DNA from: Gammaproteobacteria bacterium
Lineage (GTDB): Bacteria > Pseudomonadota > Gammaproteobacteria > Ga0077536
Assembly: GCA_965223085.1 (NCBI GenBank)
Contig: OZ244981.1
Span: forward strand, 577,161 to 641,160
Reading direction: 5' to 3'
DNA: 64,000 nt
Part shown: positions 1-10,180 of the stretch, piece by piece
Position numbering within the stretch: position 1 is the first letter of the stretch
How the letters are laid out: every line of letters starts with the position of its first letter
Notes under the pieces: model-generated
Databases searched by the model: none
The model's input: only the letters and a program-made list of their open reading frames with translations
What the model was told of the DNA's origin: nothing
Made by a program: the position numbers and the translations under genes

Positions 1-297
1 TGCACGGCCTGTGCGGCCAGGGTGAATGCGGTCGAGCCGCTCGCGCAGTTATTATTGACATTGACGATCGGAATCCCCGTCATGCCGACGTGATACAAGG
101 CCGTCTGGCCGCTGCAGGAATCGCCATATACATAGCCCGCATAGGCGGCCTGGATATTCTCGTAGGCGATCCCGGCATCAGCCAACGCACTGCGCACCGC
201 TTTCGCGCCCATCTGATCGTAGGCATCGCTCTGCCCGGGCTTCTTAAAAGGCACCATGCCAACCCCGCCGATGATCACTTGATTCGATCCGTTCATA
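1..297 (-). CDS. thiolase-fold protein (SCP-x / lipid-transfer-type thiolase), N-terminal part; gene runs off the window start
   Basis: Minus-strand translation from the ATG at 297 reads MNGSNQVIIGGVGMVPFKKPGQSDAYDQMGAKAVRSALADAGI...YVYGDSCSGQTALYHVGMTGIPIVNVNNNCASGSTAF. The NNNCASGS active-site Cys region is typical of thiolase-fold enzymes. GAGGTG lies upstream of the ATG. Confidence 0.6.
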
Positions 298-387
298 CCC
301 ATGCTTCACCTCACTAAATCACGTTACGCCGCGTGCCTGTCGCTGCCAGTACTCAGATCAGCTACATCATGCACCACTTCCGTGGCC

Positions 388-555
388 TCATAAATCTGCG
401 GTTTCGATGCCTCGCACGAGCGTCGTTGCCACCTGCAAACGCGTTGTGCTCCGCGCGGCGGCAATAAACGGTAACCGATAGTTACGCAAAGACTCGCACA
501 CGAGCCGGGCCGTATAACCACTAGCACCGTAGACAACAACAGGGTCATTCGCCAT
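388..555 (-). pseudogene. orphan N-terminal fragment of a saccharopine-dehydrogenase-like NAD(P)-binding protein (about 55 aa, then stop)
   Basis: MANDPVVVYGASGYTARLVCESL is a Rossmann GxSGxxG motif of the saccharopine dehydrogenase / trans-acting enoyl reductase type, but the ORF stops after about 55 aa. Confidence 0.3.
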
Positions 556-565
556 GACCTGCCCG

Positions 566-1846
566 CTATAGCGAGATTTGATTTTCTTCGCAGTAATGTC
601 TCGACAGCCAGTCGGCACCGATGAGGTCGAGTATATTGTTCTCGCCGTCCTCGATAAGTGCCGCGCGGGCGTCACGGAACAATTTCTCCACAGGATATTC
701 GCGCGTGAGCCCGTTGCCGCCGAAGAGCTGAATCGCTTCGCTGGCTACATCTAATGCCATCTGGGTGACGGCCGTTTTTGAGGTAATGGACGCCAGCACA
801 TGCGGGTGGCCAGAGACAAAATTGTAGTACGCAGCCCGCTGGCTTATTGCGCGGCACATTTCAACTTTCTGCCACATACCGAATAAGCGCTGTTTGACCG
901 ATTGATGTTTGATAATTGCAGTACCCCCCTGCCGACGCTCGTGCACATAAGCCAGGGCATGTTCGTAAGCGGCGCGCGCGAGACCGGTCAGTGCGATACC
1001 CATCTCCATGTTTGCGAACGTTAGCGCGCTGAAGAAGCTGGCCTCGTAGGCATCGCGATCGGCGACCACGTAATCGGGTGGAATGCGAACCTGATCAAAG
1101 AACACTTCACCTTGAGAGAGGGGCCGTTGGCCCAACTTCTCAAGCGGTCTCCCCTTACTGACACCAGGCAGATCAAACGGGATTAGCAAACCAATTCCGT
1201 TCGCCATACCATCGCCACGGATAACGCCATCACCATAATCGCAAGGCACATAGGCGAGCGCACATTCAGCCGTTGGCGCCGTAGACACCCACGCAGAACT
1301 TTGACCGTTGAGCACGACCTCATCACCGTCGAGGATCGCCACTACATTGCCGCGGTGCTGCGCCGTGCCCGGCTGAAGATTCGCACCCTTAAAATCTAGA
1401 ATGTCGCTACCGCGATCCGGTTGCGTCGCCAGCCAGCAACCACGAAGCCCGGCAAACCGCGCCGCGACCTCGGCGCTGCCGGTCATCCCAGCCGCCGTTG
1501 CGGGAAACTTCATGACCATGGTCGAGAGCCCCAAACCGACATCACCCCAGCAGAGCTCTTCCATGATGATGGGGAATAAGCGTGCCGCCTGTTGTGGCGC
1601 TAAGGTGGTTAGCATTTCCGGACCGATGCCTAATTCCTCGAAAGCCTCGATAAACGCCCACAGTGGTGAGTCGGGCGCGATCGCGTCCGCGGCCGAAAGT
1701 TTATCGAGGGCGATACCGGTCGGGCGGACCACCTCTGCGGCAAAGCGATGCAAAGTATTCTGGAGGGCCGTTTCTTCTTCGGTCAAGGCGCAATCCAGCC
1801 CCGTAAGCGCGAGCCGCGGGACGGTGATTTCTGAGATATTGAACAT
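566..1846 (-). CDS. acyl-CoA dehydrogenase family protein
   Basis: 426-aa product (MFNISEITVPRL... start with a GAGGAG RBS). Motifs match the ACAD family throughout (..MVMKFPATAAGMTGSAE.., ..QLFGGNGLTREYPVEKLFRDARA..). Confidence 0.85.
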   Translation of the reverse strand: MFNISEITVPRLALTGLDCALTEEETALQNTLHRFAAEVVRPTGIALDKLSAADAIAPDSPLWAFIEAFEELGIGPEMLTTLAPQQAARLFPIIMEELCWGDVGLGLSTMVMKFPATAAGMTGSAEVAARFAGLRGCWLATQPDRGSDILDFKGANLQPGTAQHRGNVVAILDGDEVVLNGQSSAWVSTAPTAECALAYVPCDYGDGVIRGDGMANGIGLLIPFDLPGVSKGRPLEKLGQRPLSQGEVFFDQVRIPPDYVVADRDAYEASFFSALTFANMEMGIALTGLARAAYEHALAYVHERRQGGTAIIKHQSVKQRLFGMWQKVEMCRAISQRAAYYNFVSGHPHVLASITSKTAVTQMALDVASEAIQLFGGNGLTREYPVEKLFRDARAALIEDGENNILDLIGADWLSRHYCEENQISL

Positions 1847-1926
1847 GCGCTGCTCCTCGCGTTTAAGTCTTAGCAAGGCTACGATGCCCCGCATCCCAGA
1901 GCTTGATTTTTAGTGACAGATATTTG

Positions 1927-2949
1927 TTATTTTGGGCCACCTCCGGTTCGCTGCCGCCAACGACTCGGCGCGATCCCATGCCAACGTTTGAACGCATGGT
2001 TGAAGGCGCTGACATCAGTGTATCCCAGGGCATTCGCGATCTGCGTAATTTGCAGCGTGCTGTTGCGGAGCAATTGTTCCGCACGCTCGCGACGGCATTG
2101 CTGGACGAGATCACGAAACGTCTTATCTTGCATTTGCAGAACTCTATGCAAGGAACGCCGGTGCATGTTTAACAGGCGTGCAATAGTGCGCGCCGAACAT
2201 TGACCGGTATCCAAAGTGCGCTGTATGAGGTGTTCTATCTGTGCGATCCGGTCGCGTGGATAGCGTTCTTCTAGGACTTCGAGAAACGCATGGAGGACGG
2301 CGCTAAGCGCAGGATTCGAGCCCGGCACGGAATGCGCCAAATCCGTAACGGGAAACGTAATCGCATAGCGTTCTCGGTCAAAATGGACCGGCGCACCGAA
2401 CAATTTCGAGTAGATCATCGTATCGCCGATTGGCGCATGCGCGAACTCGACGCCCAACACGGTAAGTCCCGGACCGTGCACGATGCGCAACAACTGTACT
2501 GCCGCAGCGAGCGTATCCTCCATCACTAACAACAGACCGCGGTTGTTGATTTCCACCGTCGACGGCGCGAACACGAGTGAGGCGATATCACCGACTGTCT
2601 CAAGCGTGGCACTTTCCGCATCCTGCCAATGCAAATGCAGGTTACGCACGAGTCGGTGCAGGGCTTCGGCAACCGTCGGCGCAGACATCATGGCGAAACC
2701 GATGACGCCTAGTATCGAGACGTCTTGGCGGCTGCCTAGCAGCGCACCGATGTGGTGGCAACCGGTCGCGACCTCGGCTTTTTCCAACAGCAAGCTGATA
2801 TCTCGCAAGGACATGGTGTCATCGTGGGCGGGGTTTTCTAATCGCTCGGGTGCGATGCCGAGTGACCGGATGAGCGGCTCGGGATCCGCGCCGAGTTCGC
2901 GCACTAGCGCAGGGAAACCCATCAGCCCGGCGATTCTAACTTGTGCCAT
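1927..2949 (-). CDS. AraC-family transcriptional regulator
   Basis: The C-terminal AraC/XylS HTH (..ITQIANALGYTDVSAFNHAFKRWHGIAPSRWRQ) is preceded by an AraC-type ligand-binding-like N-terminal domain. Confidence 0.8.
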   Translation of the reverse strand: MAQVRIAGLMGFPALVRELGADPEPLIRSLGIAPERLENPAHDDTMSLRDISLLLEKAEVATGCHHIGALLGSRQDVSILGVIGFAMMSAPTVAEALHRLVRNLHLHWQDAESATLETVGDIASLVFAPSTVEINNRGLLLVMEDTLAAAVQLLRIVHGPGLTVLGVEFAHAPIGDTMIYSKLFGAPVHFDRERYAITFPVTDLAHSVPGSNPALSAVLHAFLEVLEERYPRDRIAQIEHLIQRTLDTGQCSARTIARLLNMHRRSLHRVLQMQDKTFRDLVQQCRRERAEQLLRNSTLQITQIANALGYTDVSAFNHAFKRWHGIAPSRWRQRTGGGPK

Positions 2950-3097
2950 GACAATAGCCTAACCCGGATACCCCCGAAGGACTCATTTTGGGGCACACAC
3001 TTTCCTGGGGAGATCGAGGACACACACTTAGCCATTGACGTGTCAGCTGGCCAAGCGCTAACGTTGCACTGCAACTCAAACCACCAAGGGATTGCAA

Positions 3098-3898
3098 CCA
3101 TGACCACACCAAGGACGGTGCTGATCTCGCTCGATGAGACACCCTACTACCACATCGCCTCTCGCGGCGTGCGCCGCGCCTTGTTGTGCGGTAAAGATGC
3201 CTAACCGGGACAGAACTATGAACAGCGACGACAGTGGGTCGTCGACCGCATCAGACTGCTATCTTCGCTCTCGATGTCTGCGCCTATGCCGTGATGAGCA
3301 ATCACTACCACCTGGTGTTGAAAGTCTGCCCAACACAACTCAATGACTTAGCCGACCAGAACATCATCAAACGCTGGTGCGCCCTCTTCAAAGGCCCTGT
3401 GCTCGTGCAGCAATATCGCGCCGGGCATGACTTCTCTGACCCTGAAATGAACAAACACGCACTGCTCGCCTGCATGGCTTATGTCAACCCAATCCCCTGC
3501 GCGCCAATATCGCCCGCACTCTCGAGGATTCCAACTACACCAGTATCCAAGCGCGCATCCAATCAACGTTCAGCCTAGAGAAAACAATGCACAGACAAAT
3601 CCCTCCCGGCGATAGCTTAGCGTACCATCTCCCCCTGAAACCCTTGGCACCTTTCAAAGGGAACATTCAAGGTAAACCACACCACGACATCCCCTGCCCT
3701 TATCGGGATTACCTCGAACTCATTCACTGGACCAGCCGGCTCATCCGGGACATCCACCATCACACTAGCCCCGCAACACCGCCCCGCCTCGAACGCTTCA
3801 ACATCAGCACCCCGCAATGGCGTATCGAAACCACCCAATTCAAGACCCTTCACCGGCAACGATTCAACCGCCACACGCCAACGCCAAATACGGGCTAA
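3098..3898 (+). pseudogene. decayed Y1 (HUH) IS200/REP-associated-type transposase, split over at least three frames
   Basis: Fragments MTTPRTVLISLDETPYYHIASRGVRRA and ..FALDVCAYAVMSNHYHLVLKV.. (the HxH/HUH motif of Y1 transposases), plus a further frame continuing to 3898. No intact ORF remains. Confidence 0.5.
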
Positions 3899-4229
3899 GC
3901 TCAATCGCCTTACCGCCCAAGCCCGCATCCGAGCCGCCCACCCAATCGGGTGCGGCCGCTCCCTGCCCGTCATCTCACATAGACGCCTATCGCAACACCT
4001 CGGCAACCGCTCAGGATGCGCCAAACCTCCTCAACCCCACCACTAAACACCGATAACACATCAAAACACCACCACAACCGCTAAAAACAAACTGCTCACG
4101 CAAAAAGTGTGGCGCCTTTATTATCCTTATCGCAGCTCGGAAAGTGTGTGTCCCTAATTGAGACAATAGACGGGCCAAACAGACCGACGTATGATTTTTG
4201 ATCTCGGGACTTACTCTGGATAGAACGCG

Positions 4230-5288
4230 ATGCATTACGGATTTGCTTTTCTCTCTGCGATCGACATCGACGGCGACGTCGCCTACGCCGAACAACAGGG
4301 TTTTACGCACGCTTGGTTATACGATTCACCGATGATCTGCGCGGACGTCTATCAGTGCCTCGCGCTCTGCGCCAAGAAAACGAGCACGATCAAGCTCGGT
4401 ACGAACGTCACGAATCCCGCTTCGCGAATTGCCCCGGTCACGGCGAATAATTTTGCCACCCTCAACATGCTGGCCCCGGGCAGAGTGATCATGGGTATCG
4501 GCACCGGCAATACCGCGCGTCGCACGCTTGGCATGCCGGCGGCAAAACTGGCACAGCTGCGTTCACATGTGGAGATCTGCCGCGGTCTGTTGCACGGCGA
4601 AACGGTGGCGTATTCTGAAGGCGCGCGCCACCGCATGATCCGGTTTCTGAACCCGACGGGTGGCTGGATCCATCTCGAGGATGAGATCCCGATCTATATC
4701 GCCGCGAGCGGGCCAAAGGCCCTCGAACTCGCCGGCGAGATCGCCGACGGGGTGATCCTGTTCGGCGCCGTCGGCGACAGCCTACTCGAATACGCCCTAG
4801 ACCGAGTGCGACGCGGGGCAGCGCGTCGCGGACGCCACCTGGACGATCTCTATATCATGCTGTCCACTGCATCACATGTGACGCAAACAGGCGAGAGTCT
4901 CGCATCGAAACAGCAGGCGGTTGGCGCCTACGTCACTTCACAATGCAACATCTTCGCCTTATCGGTGCAGGATTTGACAGATCTGCCCGCCGACATTCGC
5001 GATGACATCATGGCGTTCCGTAACGCTTACCGCACACCCGCCACGCCAATCGAAACGCGTCATCTCGATCTTTACGCAGGATACGTCAACGAATTCAAGG
5101 CGGAACACGCGGACATCGTTACCGAGAAAATGATCCGCGAAACGACACTCACCGGCACGCCCGACGAACTCAGCGCGCGCATCGCTAAGTTGAAGGCAGC
5201 AGGCGTGGACCAGATCGCGATTCACGGCGGGTCGCGCGAACGCACGCGTGAAGTAATCGCAGAATTTGCCGCGCACGTTATCGCTTAG
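4230..5288 (+). CDS. LLM-class (luciferase-like) flavin-dependent oxidoreductase
   Basis: 352 aa with ..GIGTGNTARRTLGMP.., a TIM-barrel bacterial-luciferase-family signature. A good ORF, divergent from the upstream transposase debris. Confidence 0.8.
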   Translation: MHYGFAFLSAIDIDGDVAYAEQQGFTHAWLYDSPMICADVYQCLALCAKKTSTIKLGTNVTNPASRIAPVTANNFATLNMLAPGRVIMGIGTGNTARRTLGMPAAKLAQLRSHVEICRGLLHGETVAYSEGARHRMIRFLNPTGGWIHLEDEIPIYIAASGPKALELAGEIADGVILFGAVGDSLLEYALDRVRRGAARRGRHLDDLYIMLSTASHVTQTGESLASKQQAVGAYVTSQCNIFALSVQDLTDLPADIRDDIMAFRNAYRTPATPIETRHLDLYAGYVNEFKAEHADIVTEKMIRETTLTGTPDELSARIAKLKAAGVDQIAIHGGSRERTREVIAEFAAHVIA

Positions 5289-5452
5289 CGCGAGCGGCGA
5301 AACCGCGGCACTTCAAAGTCCATAGTGAAGTCTCTATCGCATCGAGTATCCGCTGGGATAAAGCCGATTTTTTGTCGCATGAGCGCTGCTATGACCAGAA
5401 ACGCCTTGGCGTCGATACAGGCATCACGTAACACTAGATCACCATTAATGCC

Positions 5453-7900
5453 GTGAGCACCTCTCTGCCGAACGAGGCTCAGGTAATTGTCGTCGGCGGC
5501 GGCGTCATCGGGTGTTCGATTGCGTACCACCTCGCGGGACTTGGGATAGAGACCGTATTGCTGGAACGACGGCAACTCACCTGCGGCACAACATGGCACG
5601 CTGCAGGATTGCTCGGGCAACTCAGAGGCTCGCTGAACATGACGCGCCTCGCAAAATATACAGCCGAACTTTACGCGGGTCTGGAAGCGGAGACCGGCCA
5701 GGCGACCGGGTTTCGTGAGACGGGCTCGATTTCAATTGCAACCACCCCGGGCCGACTGGAAGAGTTACGCCGTAACGCATCGATGGCAAAAGCTTTCGGG
5801 CTACGGGCGGACGTGCTCACGACGACCGAAGTCGGCGCGCGGTATCCGCTCATCAAAACGAATGATGTGCTCGGGGGGGTGTTCATTCCGGGCGATGGTC
5901 ATGCCAACGCCGTCGATACCACACGCGCACTCGCGATCGGTGCGCGCCGGCACGGTGCGATGATTTTTGAAGATACCGAGGTGACGACCATCGAGCACGA
6001 CGGCAGTCAGATCACAGGAGTATCGACGACGGCCGGGCGTATCGCGACCCGGCAAGTCGTATTGTGCGCGGGCATGTGGACGCGTAATTTGGCCGCGACG
6101 ATCGGTGTCAATGTACCGTTGTATCCCTGCGAGCACTACTACGTCGTGTTCGAGAACTGTGTCGGGCTCACCCCGGGCATGCCTGTTCTTCGCGATTATG
6201 ACTCGCGTACTTACTACAAGGAAGATGCCGGCAAGCTTCTCTTGGGCGCATTCGAACCCCAGGCACGTCCGTGGACAGTCGACGAAATTCCGCAGGCATT
6301 TTGTTTCGACGAACTCCCGGGTGTGTTTGACCACTTTGAACCAATACTCGCCACAGCTACGGAACGCATGCCGATGTTGGCTGAAGCCGGCATGCAATCT
6401 TTTTTCTGTGGTCCGGAGAGCTTTACTCCAGATGTACGCTACCACATTGGCGCGGCGCCTGAACTCGACGGTTGTTTTGTTGCGGCCGGTTTGAATTCGA
6501 TCGGGCTGCAATCTGCCGGTGGTATCGGCAAAGTGATGGCGGCGTGGATCCGCGACGGGCATCCGCCCATGGATCTGTGGGACGTCGACATTCGCAGGAA
6601 CCAACGGTTTCAAAGTAATCGAACATACTTGCGCGAACGTGTTCGAGAGAGCCTCGGGTTGTTATATGCGCATCACTGGCCGTTCCGACAGTACACGACC
6701 GCGCGCGGACTGCGCCGTTCGCCGCTGCACGACAGGCTTGCGGCCAAGGGTGCGTGTTTCGGCGTCGTGGGTAGCTGGGAGCGTGCGAACTGGTTCGCAC
6801 CGCCCGGTGTGAAAGCGGCGTACGAATACACCTGGGGCAAACAGAACTGGTTCGACTACTCAGCGGCGGAGCACCGCGCCACCCGCGAAGGCGTCACCTT
6901 GTTCGACATGTCTTCGTTCGCGAATTTCCTCGTGCAAGGGCGGGACGCGACCAAAGCTTTAAATCGAATCTGCGCCAACGACATCGATGTTGAGCCCGGG
7001 CGCATCGTGTATACGCAATGGCTCAACGAACGCGGCGGGATAGAAGCAGATCTGACCGTAACGCGGTGGAACGAGAACGAGTATTTCATCGTCTCACCAG
7101 GAGAAACACAGGTGCGGGATTTTGCTTGGTTGCGCAAAAACTTGCACCCGGACGCTGTCGCCGTTGCGACCGATGTCAGCTCCGGGTGGGCGGTGATTCC
7201 GGTCATGGGACCGCGCTCGCGAGAATTATTGCAGTCGCTGACGCGTGCGGATTTATCGAACGACGCGCACCCATTCGGGCGCAGCCGAGAGATCGAGCTT
7301 GGCCCTGCTCTGGTGCGCGCGTCACGTATCTCCTACGTTGGGGAACTCGGCTGGGAGCTGTATATACCGACCGAATTCACGCTTTGTATTTATGAGGCGC
7401 TGGTGGAAGTCGGCGAGAACTTTGGTCTGGTGCATGCCGGATTGCATGCGCTGAATTCGTTACGCATCGAGAAGGCCTTCCGACATTGGGGCCACGACAT
7501 CACTGATGAAGACACGCCACTAGAGGCCGGCTTGATGTTCGCCGTCGCGTGCGACAAACCGGGTGGCTTCAGCGGTCGGGACGCCGTGCTTCGTCAGCTC
7601 GAATCGGGGACCGACAAACGCCTACTGCAATTGAAACTAGATGCGGGCGCGCCGCTGGTCTACCACAATGAACCCATCGTACGCGAGGGTGAGATCGTGG
7701 GCCTCGTCCGCTCTGGCATGTACGGTCACACGTTGAACGGTCCTGTAGCACTCGGCTATGCCGAATTCCCCGGCGCTCGTGACGACGAAACAGTTCTCGC
7801 TGGCGATTATCAAATCGAGATCGCGGGCGAGCGTCACCGCGCACAAGTATCGCTGGAACCAATGTATGACCCGCAGAGTTGCCGATCGCGGGACGTTTAG
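5453..7900 (+). CDS. dimethylglycine/sarcosine dehydrogenase-family enzyme (FAD oxidoreductase fused to a GcvT-like aminomethyltransferase domain)
   Basis: 815 aa. The N-terminus VIVVGGGVIGCSIAYHLA is a DAO-type FAD-binding fold; the C-terminal half (..FDMSSFANFLVQGRDA.., ..VSPGETQVRDF..) resembles the GcvT/T-protein. Size and architecture match DMGDH/SardH. Confidence 0.85.
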   Translation: MSTSLPNEAQVIVVGGGVIGCSIAYHLAGLGIETVLLERRQLTCGTTWHAAGLLGQLRGSLNMTRLAKYTAELYAGLEAETGQATGFRETGSISIATTPGRLEELRRNASMAKAFGLRADVLTTTEVGARYPLIKTNDVLGGVFIPGDGHANAVDTTRALAIGARRHGAMIFEDTEVTTIEHDGSQITGVSTTAGRIATRQVVLCAGMWTRNLAATIGVNVPLYPCEHYYVVFENCVGLTPGMPVLRDYDSRTYYKEDAGKLLLGAFEPQARPWTVDEIPQAFCFDELPGVFDHFEPILATATERMPMLAEAGMQSFFCGPESFTPDVRYHIGAAPELDGCFVAAGLNSIGLQSAGGIGKVMAAWIRDGHPPMDLWDVDIRRNQRFQSNRTYLRERVRESLGLLYAHHWPFRQYTTARGLRRSPLHDRLAAKGACFGVVGSWERANWFAPPGVKAAYEYTWGKQNWFDYSAAEHRATREGVTLFDMSSFANFLVQGRDATKALNRICANDIDVEPGRIVYTQWLNERGGIEADLTVTRWNENEYFIVSPGETQVRDFAWLRKNLHPDAVAVATDVSSGWAVIPVMGPRSRELLQSLTRADLSNDAHPFGRSREIELGPALVRASRISYVGELGWELYIPTEFTLCIYEALVEVGENFGLVHAGLHALNSLRIEKAFRHWGHDITDEDTPLEAGLMFAVACDKPGGFSGRDAVLRQLESGTDKRLLQLKLDAGAPLVYHNEPIVREGEIVGLVRSGMYGHTLNGPVALGYAEFPGARDDETVLAGDYQIEIAGERHRAQVSLEPMYDPQSCRSRDV

Positions 7901-7917
7901 AACGGCAGTAACAGGAG

Positions 7918-8319
7918 ACACCGTTACGGACGTATTAGTATTGGCAGAACGTTTTCTTCGTGCTCTCGAAAGTATGGATGAAGCAGGGCTACGTAGTTGC
8001 TATGGACCGCATAGCTTCGATTTGGCACGACTTTGATCAAGTAACACAAAGCGTTGATGAAAATATCGCGATGCTCGCGAGCTTGCACGAGCTCGTCGGC
8101 AGCATCAAGTTTCAAGGCCGCCGGCGGGAGGCGATTAAGGGGGGCTTCCTTGAAGTTTATACTCTACGGGGCAGCGTTGCGGGAAGCGACTTTGCTATAC
8201 CGGCATGTTTTCTTGCCGATGTCGAGAATAATCGCATCGTGAAAATTGAAGAATACGTCAATCCCCAAGCATTACCGGATAAACTGAGTCCGGAACAACA
8301 AGCCGCGTTTGTCGCTTAA
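7918..8319 (+). pseudogene. SnoaL/NTF2-like small protein, apparently frameshifted near 8016-8020
   Basis: Frame A reads ..TDVLVLAERFLRALESMDEAGLRSCYGPHSFD and then hits a stop. Frame B continues ..WHDFDQV..GRREAIKGGF..FLADVENNRIVKIEEYVNP, the C-terminal half of a SnoaL-like fold. A one-base indel in GATTTGG would join the two. Confidence 0.4.
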
Positions 8320-8642
8320 CCGGCTATTGCACGAGGACCGCAGTAGCAAGCAAGTGAGCGCTCCCACACTATCTGGCTTAGAGGTATCCGCCGTGCGTGC
8401 CTAAGCGGCAGCCGGTAAGCACCTCGCGCAAGTTCGATCACACCGGCAGACACTGCATAGGTTTTGCGTTGTTCATCGAAGTGCAACATACCTTCGGCAA
8501 CCAAGGTTTTTAGCAATTTAAAGCAACTGTTTACGTTGAGTTCGAGTTCAGCTGCGATGCCGCTCACACCCATCGGCTCACAGCTACTTAAATGGCGAAT
8601 AATACACAACGCGTTGCTTACCGAACGAATACTATTGGCCAT
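8316..8642 (-). pseudogene. IclR-family regulator, HTH domain only (truncated)
   Basis: MANSIRSVSNALCIIRHLSS..MGVSGIAAELELNVNSCFKLLKTLVAEGMLHFDEQRKTYAVSAGVIELARGA is an IclR N-terminal HTH. About 33 aa of non-IclR sequence follow and then a stop. No effector domain is present, and the position is occupied by a convergent gene. Confidence 0.5.
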
Positions 8643-8779
8643 CTTAGAAACGTCGTCAGTGCTTGTTCCGAATCTGGTTCTGTCATCATTCCAATAATGA
8701 AATGACTTTATCAATTTTTTGCTACGATGTAGCTTACGGTCGAGCAGCAGCTTCGACAGATAAAAATAGGAGGGCGAGT

Positions 8780-10027
8780 ATGTTTACGGCAACTGACGGA
8801 ATATTGATCCCAACGACTGTGACGGGATCTTGGCCACGACCCGCGTGGTTTACGCGCAGTCTTCAAGGGCGACGCTTATCCGACGTGATGACCGACATCG
8901 AGTACCGCGAGCAGTTTTTGGACGCCGTGGCGACCGTTATCAGCGATCAGGAGCAGGCTGGCCTAGACATTGTCTGCAACGGTGACTACCACCTCGATCC
9001 TAATCTCGGCGGCCTATCCTGGATCCTGTGGCCGATTGAACGCATGGCGGGCGTTGACGCGCAGGATACCTATCCGGCGGCGGAAGAATGGTCGTATCCA
9101 CCCGGCTCGGTGCTCAACGAGGTCATGGGGGGGTGGCGCTATCCGGCAGCAGTGGACAAAGTGCGCCGAGAAAGATCGTGGGAATTCGCCAAGCTGTGGC
9201 GAACGGCGCAAGCAAAAACAATGAAACCATTGAAATTCGGTACCGTGTCCGGGCAAATGACGGGGTCTTTTGTCGAGTTGCGCACGACTAAATATCCGCA
9301 GGACAAACGTGAGCTCATGTGGGATATGTGCGTCGCGATCAACGAGGAGTTGTGTGAACTCGCCACCGCGGGCTGCAAAGTGATTCAACTCGAAGACCCA
9401 CTCATACATCTCGTCAGTCCGACCAAACCCGACAAGGAGTACGTCGATTTCCTGATCGATTGTTTTAATCGTGAAGTAGAGGGCCTAGATGATGTTGAAA
9501 TCTGGATCCATACTTGCTGGGGCAATCCAAACATGCAAAGGGTGTTGGAAGACACATCGTATGCCCCGTCGTTCGAAGACTATATGGAACGCGTGAACGG
9601 GGATGTATGGACGGTCGAAATGAAGGAGCGCAACTGGGCGGATATCGAGTTATTTAAGGCGTATAAAGGCAAAAAATGGCCGAAGAAGATCGCCGTCGGC
9701 GTTATTAGTCACCGTTACCTGCAAGTTGAAACGCCGCAAGAAGTCGCTGCCGATATTCGTAACGCGCTGAAATACATTGATCCTGAGCAGTTGGTCCTTT
9801 CAACCGATTGTGGCTTCGGACGTCAAGGGTGTAATCGCATGATTGCTTTCCACAAATCGGTGTCCATGGTACAGGGTGCAAACATTGTTCGACAGGAACT
9901 CGGCGGCGAAGCAAGCATGGTCAGGGCCGCTGATCCGAACTTGCAAGTCGATAATATTTATCGCGAAACCCGTGATCGCGTGCTGATTACTGACGCCGGA
10001 GTCGGTGCTAGCCGTGGCGACGGATGA
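8780..10027 (+). CDS. MetE-like Zn-dependent methyltransferase (cobalamin-independent methionine synthase family, stand-alone catalytic barrel), paralog 1
   Basis: MFTATDGILIPTTVTGSWPRPAWF.., IQLEDPLI (Glu ligand), WIHTCWGN (His-x-Cys) and STDCGFGRQG (Cys) are the MetE C-terminal-domain Zn-site signatures. An AGGAGG RBS lies upstream. It is about 45% identical to the paralogs at 22507 and 48017. Confidence 0.8.
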   Translation: MFTATDGILIPTTVTGSWPRPAWFTRSLQGRRLSDVMTDIEYREQFLDAVATVISDQEQAGLDIVCNGDYHLDPNLGGLSWILWPIERMAGVDAQDTYPAAEEWSYPPGSVLNEVMGGWRYPAAVDKVRRERSWEFAKLWRTAQAKTMKPLKFGTVSGQMTGSFVELRTTKYPQDKRELMWDMCVAINEELCELATAGCKVIQLEDPLIHLVSPTKPDKEYVDFLIDCFNREVEGLDDVEIWIHTCWGNPNMQRVLEDTSYAPSFEDYMERVNGDVWTVEMKERNWADIELFKAYKGKKWPKKIAVGVISHRYLQVETPQEVAADIRNALKYIDPEQLVLSTDCGFGRQGCNRMIAFHKSVSMVQGANIVRQELGGEASMVRAADPNLQVDNIYRETRDRVLITDAGVGASRGDG

Positions 10028-10180
10028 CGGTTAACGGAAAGCCGTGCACTAATGTAATCACCTATCTCGAGCACGTGAATAAGGAGCCAGCAGTCTGTCG
10101 GTGATGTAAGCGCCGCAATAGAGCAGACGACTAACCGCAAGACGCGTTGGCCAAGCGAGCGCTATAGGGAGGAGGAATCG

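Noticed and set aside
5801-6613. Long antisense ORFs inside large genes (for example 5801..6613 -, 14742..15545 +, 31034..31939 +, 32412..32924 -, 62525..63154 -, 44802..45307 -)
   Set aside because: High-GC shadow ORFs. Their translations are Arg/Ala/Pro-rich with no motifs, and they lie entirely within well-supported genes on the opposite strand.
8054-8242. Small ORFs 8054..8242 + and 8464..8697 + near the IclR/SnoaL junction
   Set aside because: They overlap better-supported genes in other frames and have no motifs.
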